DNA from: a virus | Taxonomy: Duplodnaviria > Caudoviricetes | IMG/VR virus record: IMGVR_UViG_3300032233_001729 | Coordinates: 1-33,970 of that record | DNA length: 33,970 nt | Reading direction: 5' to 3' (one strand) | Part shown: positions 1-6,616 of the stretch, in pieces | Layout of the letters: each line of letters starts with the position of its first letter | Position numbering within the stretch: the first letter of the stretch is position 1 | The notes under the pieces: generated by a model | Databases searched by the model: none | What the model was told of the DNA's origin: nothing | The model's input: only the letters and a program-made list of their open reading frames with translations | Position numbers and translations under genes: made by a program

Positions 1-244
1 CATCACAAGTGTCACCAGAATACAAGTAATCAATGTGCCTCATAATCTCTGACATCTTACGAAGTTTAGGCACTTGTTCTTTCAGATACTCAATCACCTC
101 ATCAGAATGGTCTGGATACCAGTCAGAATGGTCACCATCTGTGCCCGCTTTACCATTGTGTCGGATTTCCTGCTCCAACTCATCAGCAAACTGTGCTACC
201 CTGTAATAATCGTAACCACAGTCAGTAAAATGTCCACCGCTCAT
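1..244 (-). CDS. Hypothetical phage protein, 3' end outside window (MSGGHFTDCGYDYYRVAQFADELEQEI...)
   Basis: Hand-translated; ATG at 244 overlaps the stop of the upstream ORF (ATGA); frame stays open to the window edge. Confidence 0.75.
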   Translation of the reverse strand, partial: MSGGHFTDCGYDYYRVAQFADELEQEIRHNGKAGTDGDHSDWYPDHSDEVIEYLKEQVPKLRKMSEIMRHIDYLYSGDTCD

Positions 245-462
245 TTTTTACCCTCCAGTTCATCAAGAACACCAGCAGCATAACCACCAAAATCAATCTC
301 ACAACCTTCCTCACAATAACCAGGCAGAGAATCAATCAGGTAATCATCAAATCCAAGAAATACCTGAATAGCACGGCGTTTATCGTGTTCTGTGATGGCA
401 GTATGAGGAGAAGCAATAACCCTGGTTACAATCTCAAAGAGTTTATCCATAGTGAGGTTCAT
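241..462 (-). CDS. Hypothetical protein
   Basis: 73-aa ORF with ATGA overlaps at both ends. Confidence 0.7.
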   Translation of the reverse strand: MNLTMDKLFEIVTRVIASPHTAITEHDKRRAIQVFLGFDDYLIDSLPGYCEEGCEIDFGGYAAGVLDELEGKK

Positions 463-611
463 TTGTTTTTACCAATTACAGCAAGAACTTTACGCTTTGG
501 ATACTTCTCGGCAATTACATCACGAGCATCCTCATAATCAATCGCATCTTCTACAACTTCATAATACACAGTTTTATCTGTGGCATCATAAGTTTGGACT
601 TCGTAAATCAT
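459..611 (-). CDS. Small hypothetical protein (MIYEVQTYDATDKTVYYEVVEDAIDYEDARDVIAEKYPKRKVLAVIGKNK)
   Basis: 50-aa ORF absent from the ORF track; fills the gap exactly, and its stop overlaps the next ATG. Confidence 0.7.
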   Translation of the reverse strand: MIYEVQTYDATDKTVYYEVVEDAIDYEDARDVIAEKYPKRKVLAVIGKNK

Positions 612-616
612 TTCAG

Positions 617-886
617 TCATTTTTTGAGAGAAAGAATGATGCTATTTTTGATAATGTTGAACAATAGCAACGCACCAAGCACTTTGATCCATGCAATATT
701 CAGTGCAAAGATAAAAGTTAAAACTGCCCAGATGAATGTTGAAACGAATGCGATTCCAATCAAGCCACCAATCAATTTACCAAATGCTTCGCCCAACTTT
801 CCTGCACGAGCAATCTTCTTTTCATCTTCAGTCATGCTCAATTCTTTGAGTTTTTCAACAAATTTTTCGGTTTCGGTTGGAGTCAT
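617..886 (-). CDS. Membrane protein with two hydrophobic helices
   Basis: Hydrophobic C-terminal half; start moved to ATG 886 because a predicted -10 box (908-913) lies inside the longer 919 ORF. Confidence 0.75.
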   Translation of the reverse strand: MTPTETEKFVEKLKELSMTEDEKKIARAGKLGEAFGKLIGGLIGIAFVSTFIWAVLTFIFALNIAWIKVLGALLLFNIIKNSIILSLKK

Positions 887-907
887 TTGTTTGTTGCGTA
901 CAAGAGT

Positions 908-965
908 ATTGTAGGACATGCTATGAGGCTTCTGGAGTGCCCTTGTGCCAGTTCGTCAAGTGTCT
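908..965 (-). promoter_or_regulatory. Promoter: dyad element (944-965), 30 bp, then -10 TACAAT
   Basis: Minus strand GACACTT-GACG-AACTGGCACA; same architecture as three other sites. Confidence 0.65.
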
Positions 966-966
966 G

Positions 967-1212
967 TTAGGGAGTGCAATCACCAGAGGTGTGTCTGATA
1001 CTGAACAAAAATAGATCAATCATACTTTCTCTACAAGATTTCTTAGATGCGTTTTGATCTGATGGCATAATCACCGTAGGAGGAACTACAATTGGTTGAC
1101 TTGAGTTACTTACTATGGTTGGTGGGTTGTATTGTGGATAGTATTGAGCAGATGCTGGTTTGATGAACAGAAACGGTGAAAGGAGTGCTACCGCAATCAG
1201 GTTGTTTTTCAT
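967..1212 (-). CDS. Small putatively exported or membrane-anchored protein
   Basis: Signal-peptide-like N-terminus ending ASA, Pro-rich linker, C-terminal Cys pair. Confidence 0.7.
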   Translation of the reverse strand: MKNNLIAVALLSPFLFIKPASAQYYPQYNPPTIVSNSSQPIVVPPTVIMPSDQNASKKSCRESMIDLFLFSIRHTSGDCTP

Positions 1213-1237
1213 ATTAAAGGGGTAAATTCATACCGTC

Positions 1238-1266
1238 ACTTTATCAGAATTCAAACCAGATGTCAA
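1238..1266 (-). promoter_or_regulatory. sigma70-type early promoter TTGACA-17-TAAAGT
   Basis: Near-consensus boxes in an intergenic gap. Confidence 0.75.
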
Positions 1267-1273
1267 GTGATGT

Positions 1274-1465
1274 TCATTTCTTTTGATCCATCTCAGTAGA
1301 AACACAAAACTTAAATTGTTCCCATTCCATAGATTTAAAGTTATCGGATGCATAAGGAATATGCACAGCATCTGCACAATATCGTGCTACACTTTCGGGA
1401 ACATTACTCATATCAATTTCTTTTGTGGGAACCTGTAGAATGGTGGAAGCCAAAAGAGCAATCAT
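1274..1465 (-). CDS. Hypothetical protein
   Basis: 63-aa ORF, ATGA overlap with upstream gene. Confidence 0.65.
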   Translation of the reverse strand: MIALLASTILQVPTKEIDMSNVPESVARYCADAVHIPYASDNFKSMEWEQFKFCVSTEMDQKK

Positions 1466-1722
1466 TGGCGGATAGGAAGTTCAGAGGCTGGAGGAAGCAC
1501 AGGAGGTGGGGGAGTTACAGGTTGCTGAACCACTTGAACTGGAGGAGTAACAGGTTGTTCTACCTTTTGTGCCTCCAGTTGTTGCTTCAAGTCCTCAATA
1601 ATGATTTGTTGCCTTTGACTATTTGATTGTTGATTATTAAATACTTTGTATGCAGTCACGGAAGTCACGGCAATCGTTCCCAGTGCTGCAATTGTGGATA
1701 CTGTATTACTAAATCGATTCAT
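1462..1722 (-). CDS. Membrane-anchored protein with coiled coil and Pro-rich tail
   Basis: N-terminal hydrophobic helix, Q-rich heptads, PVTPPPPVLPP; ATG 1722 directly follows the upstream stop. Confidence 0.7.
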   Translation of the reverse strand: MNRFSNTVSTIAALGTIAVTSVTAYKVFNNQQSNSQRQQIIIEDLKQQLEAQKVEQPVTPPVQVVQQPVTPPPPVLPPASELPIRQ

Positions 1723-1723
1723 T

Positions 1724-2284
1724 TTAACTTCCATGAAGAGGACACTCAGCACTCACCCATTTTTTATGATTGGGCATTTCTTGATTGTCAAGAATAGGGC
1801 ACTTGCAACCTGCTCTATATGCTTGATCTGAACCAGGAACTAAATCACCCCAAGACTTATAAGGTGGAGTTGCATCTACCTTCCCATACTGCTCTGGAAG
1901 AATATCAGCAAGTTTTGCTTTCAACTCACGAATTTCTGCTTCCAGTTTCTTGATTTCTTCATCCTGTTGCTTATCATACTCAACAAGTTTTTTGTGATAA
2001 TCTTCTGCAAGAAAGAGATCATACTCATCGGCAACTTTCTTCATTTGTTCTTGACTGTTGCTGTCGTTGAATGCAACCTGACAAGCACCATCCATAATGC
2101 TGTACTCACAAAATCCAGCAGCACCTAGAAAGTTCTTGAAGAGTTCATAATACTGATGAATATTCAAGTCTTCTGCTGGTGCCTCAATCGTAATGGTTTT
2201 ACGATCTACACTTTCAGGAAAATACTTGCTTGGTGGATCTTGACTATCACTGATGTAAGAAAACTTTACGGTTGCGTTGTACAT
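1724..2284 (-). CDS. Hypothetical protein with coiled coil and C-terminal Cys/His motif
   Basis: 186 aa; GCKCPILDN...CPLHG is a possible metal-binding module. Confidence 0.8.
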   Translation of the reverse strand: MYNATVKFSYISDSQDPPSKYFPESVDRKTITIEAPAEDLNIHQYYELFKNFLGAAGFCEYSIMDGACQVAFNDSNSQEQMKKVADEYDLFLAEDYHKKLVEYDKQQDEEIKKLEAEIRELKAKLADILPEQYGKVDATPPYKSWGDLVPGSDQAYRAGCKCPILDNQEMPNHKKWVSAECPLHGS

Positions 2285-2304
2285 GGTGTCGTTTGATTAC
2301 CTTG

Positions 2305-3168
2305 TTAATATAGCATTGATTCTATGGGATTGGAAGCTTTGGTAGACGGTTCAGAAAGTGGCACAACGGGGAACTTATCTTTCCTTTCAATTACTTCTGT
2401 TTTTAATCTTAATTTTGCTATCATATTATACTCCTCAGATACATCAATTCCAATAAAATTTCTACCTAAACATTTTGCAGCTAAGGTAGTTGTTCCACTT
2501 CCATTAAAAGGATCAAGAACTACACCATCTGGAGGACAAAAACACTCAATCATATCATAAGCTAACATATTAGGAAATACTGCTGGATGTTGACTTTTTA
2601 ACTTACTTTCTCCTCCACAAGTATTTCCAAATGTCATTACTGTTCCTGGACATTTAGTAGGATTAATTTTAACTTTACGAGAACCTGTTCTACCATTTTT
2701 AGTGCGAATATTTGCACCAGTCATTACTTTATTTGCATGTTTCGAAGGAATCTTGAGATTTTCTTTATTGAAGTATTGTGGTTTCTTACCCTTTAAAAAA
2801 ATAGGCATATATTCATGATCAACTCTAAATCTTTGTTTCCACCATGCACCTTCAGTTCCTTGACGATTATAGATATTGCATTCAAATAACCTAAACCCAA
2901 CATTATCGCACCAATCCACAATAGTGCGAAAAGATGTTAAAGATTTTGCAAAATTTTTTGTAGAATCTTGTATGACTACCACACAAACTCCACCATCTTT
3001 CAAAACACGCAACAGTTCTTTACCTAACCCATGCAAATCTAAGATGTATCCATTATAATCTCTAAGTTGATCATAAGGGGGAGAAGTTATAACAAAATCA
3101 ATACACTCATCCGGAAGTCCTTTAAGATATTCAATATTGTCTGAGGTAATGATTTGATTTAAATTCAT
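2305..3168 (-). CDS. Beta-class DNA amino-methyltransferase (N6_N4_Mtase family; SPPY suggests m4C)
   Basis: Motif IV TSPPY near the N-terminus, HPAVFP, and motif I DPFNGSGTT near the C-terminus. Confidence 0.93.
   Translation of the reverse strand: MNLNQIITSDNIEYLKGLPDECIDFVITSPPYDQLRDYNGYILDLHGLGKELLRVLKDGGVCVVVIQDSTKNFAKSLTSFRTIVDWCDNVGFRLFECNIYNRQGTEGAWWKQRFRVDHEYMPIFLKGKKPQYFNKENLKIPSKHANKVMTGANIRTKNGRTGSRKVKINPTKCPGTVMTFGNTCGGESKLKSQHPAVFPNMLAYDMIECFCPPDGVVLDPFNGSGTTTLAAKCLGRNFIGIDVSEEYNMIAKLRLKTEVIERKDKFPVVPLSEPSTKASNPIESMLY
2307..2364 (-). promoter_or_regulatory. Promoter: dyad element (2342-2364), 29 bp, then extended -10 TGcTATATT
   Basis: Minus strand GTGCCACTT-TCTG-AACCGTCTAC, embedded in the methyltransferase 3' end. 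Confidence 0.65.
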
Positions 3169-3704
3169 TTTATTTTTTTGTTTTTTAGTGCTATTTGAAA
3201 ATATTCTAAATTATCACCAATCAATCCAGTTCCAGTATTACACCTCTTACAAAGATATCCACGAAATTCTTTTGTTTTATGATCATGATCACACTGCCAA
3301 GGACCATTTGTACCATCAACTCCTTCGGGAATATCTTCAACCTTTTCATAACAAATTTTACCACACTGAGGACATGGTGTCAAATACTCAGGAGATGGAT
3401 TAAGTTTTTTAAGTTTAGAGACAATTGAAGATTCTTTTTTAGAACAATCTTTGCAGTTGGTATTTACACGAAGTCGCATACTATTTTTTTTAAATCTTGT
3501 CCGATAATGTTGAAAATAATTGGATGGTAGTTTTCTTTTACATACTGAACAAGTACAATCAACTTTTTCTATTAGATGATCATCCAAACATTCATTACAA
3601 CATGAAATCAGAGGAAAATTTCCTTTTGTAGAAATAATAAAATGTTCTGAAGATTTTTCTTTTTTACAAAGAGGACAATTGAACAATTTTCCCTTTTTGT
3701 TCAT
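3165..3704 (-). CDS. Endonuclease VII-like (His-Me finger) nuclease with N-terminal CxxC pairs
   Basis: CPQC...DHDHKTKEFRGYLCKRCNTGTG matches the EndoVII DHDH...RG.LC..CN motif. Confidence 0.85.
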   Translation of the reverse strand: MNKKGKLFNCPLCKKEKSSEHFIISTKGNFPLISCCNECLDDHLIEKVDCTCSVCKRKLPSNYFQHYRTRFKKNSMRLRVNTNCKDCSKKESSIVSKLKKLNPSPEYLTPCPQCGKICYEKVEDIPEGVDGTNGPWQCDHDHKTKEFRGYLCKRCNTGTGLIGDNLEYFQIALKNKKIK

Positions 3705-3787
3705 AATGCAGATTTTGCGGAGGTTTCAATGCGGGTTTTGCGGAGGTTTCAATGCGGGTTTTGCGGAGGTTTCAATGTGGGTTTTGC
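3705..3787. repeat. Tandem repeat, 23-bp unit TTTTGCGGAGGTTTCAATGCGGG, 3 full copies plus partial flanks
   Basis: Copies at 3713-3735, 3736-3758 and 3759-3781 (one mismatch); partial units on either side. Confidence 0.95.
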
Positions 3788-3805
3788 CGACCCTTCAACA
3801 CATAT

Positions 3806-3862
3806 ACTATAAAACCACTGACTGGGAAAGTCAAGGGTGATGGGACACTTGTTGAACTGGCT
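3806..3862 (-). promoter_or_regulatory. sigma70 promoter TTGACT-17-TATAGT with upstream dyad element (3841-3862)
   Basis: -35 at 3829-3834, -10 at 3806-3811; dyad AGCCAGTT-CAAC-AAGTGTCCCA lies 29 bp from the -10. Confidence 0.8.
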
Positions 3863-4037
3863 GAGCATCGTTCCAGTGCCTGATTACTCCAGCACAAATG
3901 AAGATATTGGTAGCCAAATAAGTCAGAAAAATAAAGGTTCTTACAATTGCGATTGTATCAGATTCTCTATCACACTTAGAACCTTTTTCTCCAAGTGACT
4001 TTGCCCAGAATCTCCAAATATTAGGTTTCTTTTTCAT
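3831..4037 (-). CDS. Small membrane protein
   Basis: 68 aa, WAKSLG motif followed by a hydrophobic helix. Confidence 0.7.
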   Translation of the reverse strand: MKKKPNIWRFWAKSLGEKGSKCDRESDTIAIVRTFIFLTYLATNIFICAGVIRHWNDAQPVQQVSHHP

Positions 4038-4209
4038 TTTTCTTTCTTCTAAAATACTCCTTATAATACTTTTGCTTCATATTTTGAATGTACTCATACT
4101 CTTCTGGCTCATCCAAACAATCCAAGAGATAAGAAACGCCCTCTAATTCTCCAATTAGACGGGCGATAGTGATTGCTGATTGTGGATTAACGTTCCACTT
4201 ACTTTTCAT
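4021..4209 (-). CDS. Hypothetical protein
   Basis: 62-aa ORF overlapping both neighbours. Confidence 0.65.
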   Translation of the reverse strand: MKSKWNVNPQSAITIARLIGELEGVSYLLDCLDEPEEYEYIQNMKQKYYKEYFRRKKNEKET

Positions 4210-4411
4210 AATATGCTGAGATCACTTTATCATCCCAAGCAGTCGGCAACTGGTGCTCTCTTGCTTTTAGATGATTCAAACCTGAAACTGGAAGACCCTC
4301 CAAGTCCTCTTCGTGTAAAATTCCATCTAACTGACGAATTTCGTTGAATGTATGTGGAAACCTAAGTGCTCCACTGTGCCATCCTTCTGCTGATCTATAA
4401 GTGCGTGACAT
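4199..4411 (-). CDS. Hypothetical protein (MSRTYRSAEG...)
   Basis: ORF in the minus-strand gene run; ATG 4411 preferred over the longer start. Confidence 0.7.
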   Translation of the reverse strand: MSRTYRSAEGWHSGALRFPHTFNEIRQLDGILHEEDLEGLPVSGLNHLKAREHQLPTAWDDKVISAYYEK

Positions 4412-4442
4412 AATGTGTATAGCAAACACAATACTAATTATA

Positions 4443-4673
4443 TCACTTGTTCAATTCTTTTTCAAGTTGCTTCGCAATTCTTAAAGCATTTCTCCACATT
4501 AACCATTTCACGATTGGATTAGCAGGATTGTGAAGCAACCACCACTTTTGTTTTTCATATTGAAATCTTACCAATTTAGAAATTAATGTGACTGCATATG
4601 CCACACTAGCATCCGTTGCAATCAGATAGGCAACAAGCATAAAGATTCCAAACCAAAAGTAATAGGGAGTCAT
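4443..4673 (-). CDS. Small membrane protein
   Basis: 76 aa with a hydrophobic N-terminus. Confidence 0.7.
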   Translation of the reverse strand: MTPYYFWFGIFMLVAYLIATDASVAYAVTLISKLVRFQYEKQKWWLLHNPANPIVKWLMWRNALRIAKQLEKELNK

Positions 4674-4846
4674 CCAAATTCCTCCTGCCTTCTTTTGTTC
4701 AGATACTCAAGAACCTCATCTCTCCATTCAAGCAGTTCATGAAAGCACTGCTGATTGTGAGCACACTGACGAAGTTCTGTATCTGCCTTGAGCACACTCT
4801 CAGTAAAAAGTCCCAGTGCTCGGTTGCGTTTTTCTGCTTTATCCAT
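4670..4846 (-). CDS. Small hypothetical protein (MDKAEKRNRALGLFTESVLKADTELRQCAHNQQCFHELLEWRDEVLEYLNKRRQEEFG)
   Basis: 58-aa ORF absent from the track; ATGA overlap downstream, TAAATA at 4866-4871 upstream. Confidence 0.75.
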   Translation of the reverse strand: MDKAEKRNRALGLFTESVLKADTELRQCAHNQQCFHELLEWRDEVLEYLNKRRQEEFG

Positions 4847-4875
4847 CAAAAAAATGTGAGTATACTATTTAACAG

Positions 4876-5085
4876 TTACAAAAATGCCTCCAATGACGAT
4901 GTACCAGGTTTAATCTTTGGTTTTTTATACTTTGGTTTGGATGCCTTAATCTGTTTGTTGATGTATGACTTAGCAGTCACAAGAGTTCCTGCTACATGAA
5001 TCTGTTCACCATTGTGAATGATCATAAACTTTTTGCCAAATGGAATCGCAGCCCACATTCCATCTTTAGTAACGTATCCTTCCAT
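4876..5085 (-). CDS. Hypothetical protein (MEGYVTKDGMWAAIP...)
   Basis: ATG 5085 directly follows the upstream stop. Confidence 0.7.
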   Translation of the reverse strand: MEGYVTKDGMWAAIPFGKKFMIIHNGEQIHVAGTLVTAKSYINKQIKASKPKYKKPKIKPGTSSLEAFL

Positions 5086-5087
5086 AA

Positions 5088-5228
5088 TTACCAAGCAACT
5101 GAACAGTTAATGATTGTTGTGTTTGGGTATTGTGCCTTCGCCACTTGTCGGGCTTTGTCATAACTCCCAGCATAACACTCTACCACGAATCTACGTCCGG
5201 CGGTGATGCAATGAACTTTCCATTTCAT
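5088..5228 (-). CDS. Small hypothetical protein (MKWKVHCITAGRRFVVECYAGSYDKARQVAKAQYPNTTIINCSVAW)
   Basis: 46-aa ORF absent from the track; GAGG ribosome-binding site upstream; fills the gap. Confidence 0.65.
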   Translation of the reverse strand: MKWKVHCITAGRRFVVECYAGSYDKARQVAKAQYPNTTIINCSVAW

Positions 5229-5239
5229 GATTAGAATCC

Positions 5240-6478
5240 TCAGCGTTTGATGGTTGAAATTGCAGGTTGTCCTTCATGGAATACTGTGTGAACCACAGCC
5301 TCAATCTTACGGGCAGTGCTAATACCCGCCTTAGAGAAGACAGGGACGCACACAAGCCCGAATGACTTAGTATAGCACCCCAAGTCCCCAGGGGCAATAG
5401 AGCCGCTCCTGAGCCCCGCTGCGTCGTCTTTATGAAGTCGAATCACCCGTCCAATGGTTTGACTGATACCAATATAGTCCATGGAACGCATGAAGACAAC
5501 TGCCTCCAGTCCAGAGACGTTGATTCCCTCACTGAGAATACTGTGATGTAGAACCACAAACTTCTTGGAGTTATCCTTGCCCCATGCATTCAGTGTATCA
5601 AAGAATACTTCCCGACTGACTTTCTTGCCGTCAATCACAGCACCAGTTTTAGATGTGATATACATCCAGGAGTAACCACGCTCCTCCAGTTTTTTGCAGA
5701 ACTCACTCTGAGAAACAAGGCTCACGATCTGCTTAGTTGCCTTTGCACAGATCAGAATCTTGTCCATCTCAATCTCATCAATCGTCTCAATCAGATGCTC
5801 ACAGTCACGATCAAAGACATTATTCGTCACCATCTCCAGTTGCTTCACCACAACTTTAGGAGAAAGAATGAAACCACCATCCACAAGTTCAGGAGCAGAG
5901 ACATTACAAATCACCTGTCCATAAACCCGAGTATCATTCATTCCAGGCTTTTTAGGATTAACAGAATGTTTTGGAGTAGCAGTAAAGAAGTAAGAACGAT
6001 CAGCATGAGAAGCAAAGTATTCGGTTGCAGGATAGAAGTTCTTTTGAACGGAGTTATGAGCCTCGTCAAAGTATATAGTGTTTACATGAATACCAGAACT
6101 CATTACCTTATACAGCGAATGATAGGTAGTGAAGATCAGTTTATGTCCATCCACATACTTACACCAGGTAAAGATCTCTGTGGGTTTTGTGCTGGAATAG
6201 TGATGTGTCTCACCTGAATGCACATGCATTACAGAAGCATTGAGAATGTGCTCCAGATACTCACAAGACAGTTGCTCTGCCAACAGGATTCTTGGAGCAA
6301 CCACTACAATGATTTGATTCTCTTTAGTGCTAAACTGATTGATGGCATCCATGATACCAACCAGCGTCTTACCACCTCCAGTGGGAAAGATGCACTGTCC
6401 TTTGGAATACTTTTGCAAAGCACCAGAGGCACGTTCTTGGTGGGGACGAAGTGAAATCACAGGGGTTTCGTTGTTCAT
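5240..6478 (-). CDS. SF2 DEAH-box helicase (ResIII-like N-terminal domain)
   Basis: LRPHQ, PTGGGKT, DEAH, TAT, LSEGINV, QTIGRVIR; start moved to ATG 6478, 6 nt after TATAAT. Confidence 0.92.
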   Translation of the reverse strand: MNNETPVISLRPHQERASGALQKYSKGQCIFPTGGGKTLVGIMDAINQFSTKENQIIVVVAPRILLAEQLSCEYLEHILNASVMHVHSGETHHYSSTKPTEIFTWCKYVDGHKLIFTTYHSLYKVMSSGIHVNTIYFDEAHNSVQKNFYPATEYFASHADRSYFFTATPKHSVNPKKPGMNDTRVYGQVICNVSAPELVDGGFILSPKVVVKQLEMVTNNVFDRDCEHLIETIDEIEMDKILICAKATKQIVSLVSQSEFCKKLEERGYSWMYITSKTGAVIDGKKVSREVFFDTLNAWGKDNSKKFVVLHHSILSEGINVSGLEAVVFMRSMDYIGISQTIGRVIRLHKDDAAGLRSGSIAPGDLGCYTKSFGLVCVPVFSKAGISTARKIEAVVHTVFHEGQPAISTIKR

Positions 6479-6484
6479 ACAGTC

Positions 6485-6542
6485 ATTATACAGCAAAAAA
6501 CCCCCTGGTGTGGGGGTTCAGTGGACGGTTTCTCAAGTGTCC
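6485..6542 (-). promoter_or_regulatory. Promoter: dyad element (6521-6542), 30 bp, then TATAAT; probably leaderless
   Basis: Minus strand GGACACTT-GAGA-AACCGTCCAC. Confidence 0.7.
6495..6518 (-). terminator. Intrinsic terminator-like hairpin
   Basis: AACCCCC-acacca-GGGGGTT continuing into a T run on the minus strand. Confidence 0.6.
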
Positions 6543-6581
6543 TCAAGTACTTAGAGTATCATCTTCACCGGGAACAAAGAG

Positions 6582-6611
6582 ATTCTAGCAGTATTATGGG
6601 TATCTTGTCAA
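6582..6611 (-). promoter_or_regulatory. sigma70-type promoter TTGACA-18-TAGAAT
   Basis: Near-consensus boxes just after the tail-fibre stop. Confidence 0.65.
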
Positions 6612-6616
6612 GTACC

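Noticed and set aside
3705-3787. Canonical CRISPR array
   Set aside because: Units are contiguous with no unique spacers and no cas genes are present; only the 8-nt ATTGAAAC resembles a repeat end
5191-5397. 68-aa minus-strand ORF
   Set aside because: Overlaps the helicase end in another frame; 5088..5228 explains the gap better
5240-6478. Helicase as a type III restriction subunit partnering the methyltransferase
   Set aside because: No nuclease domain is evident, and it is separated from the methyltransferase by several genes and a separate promoter
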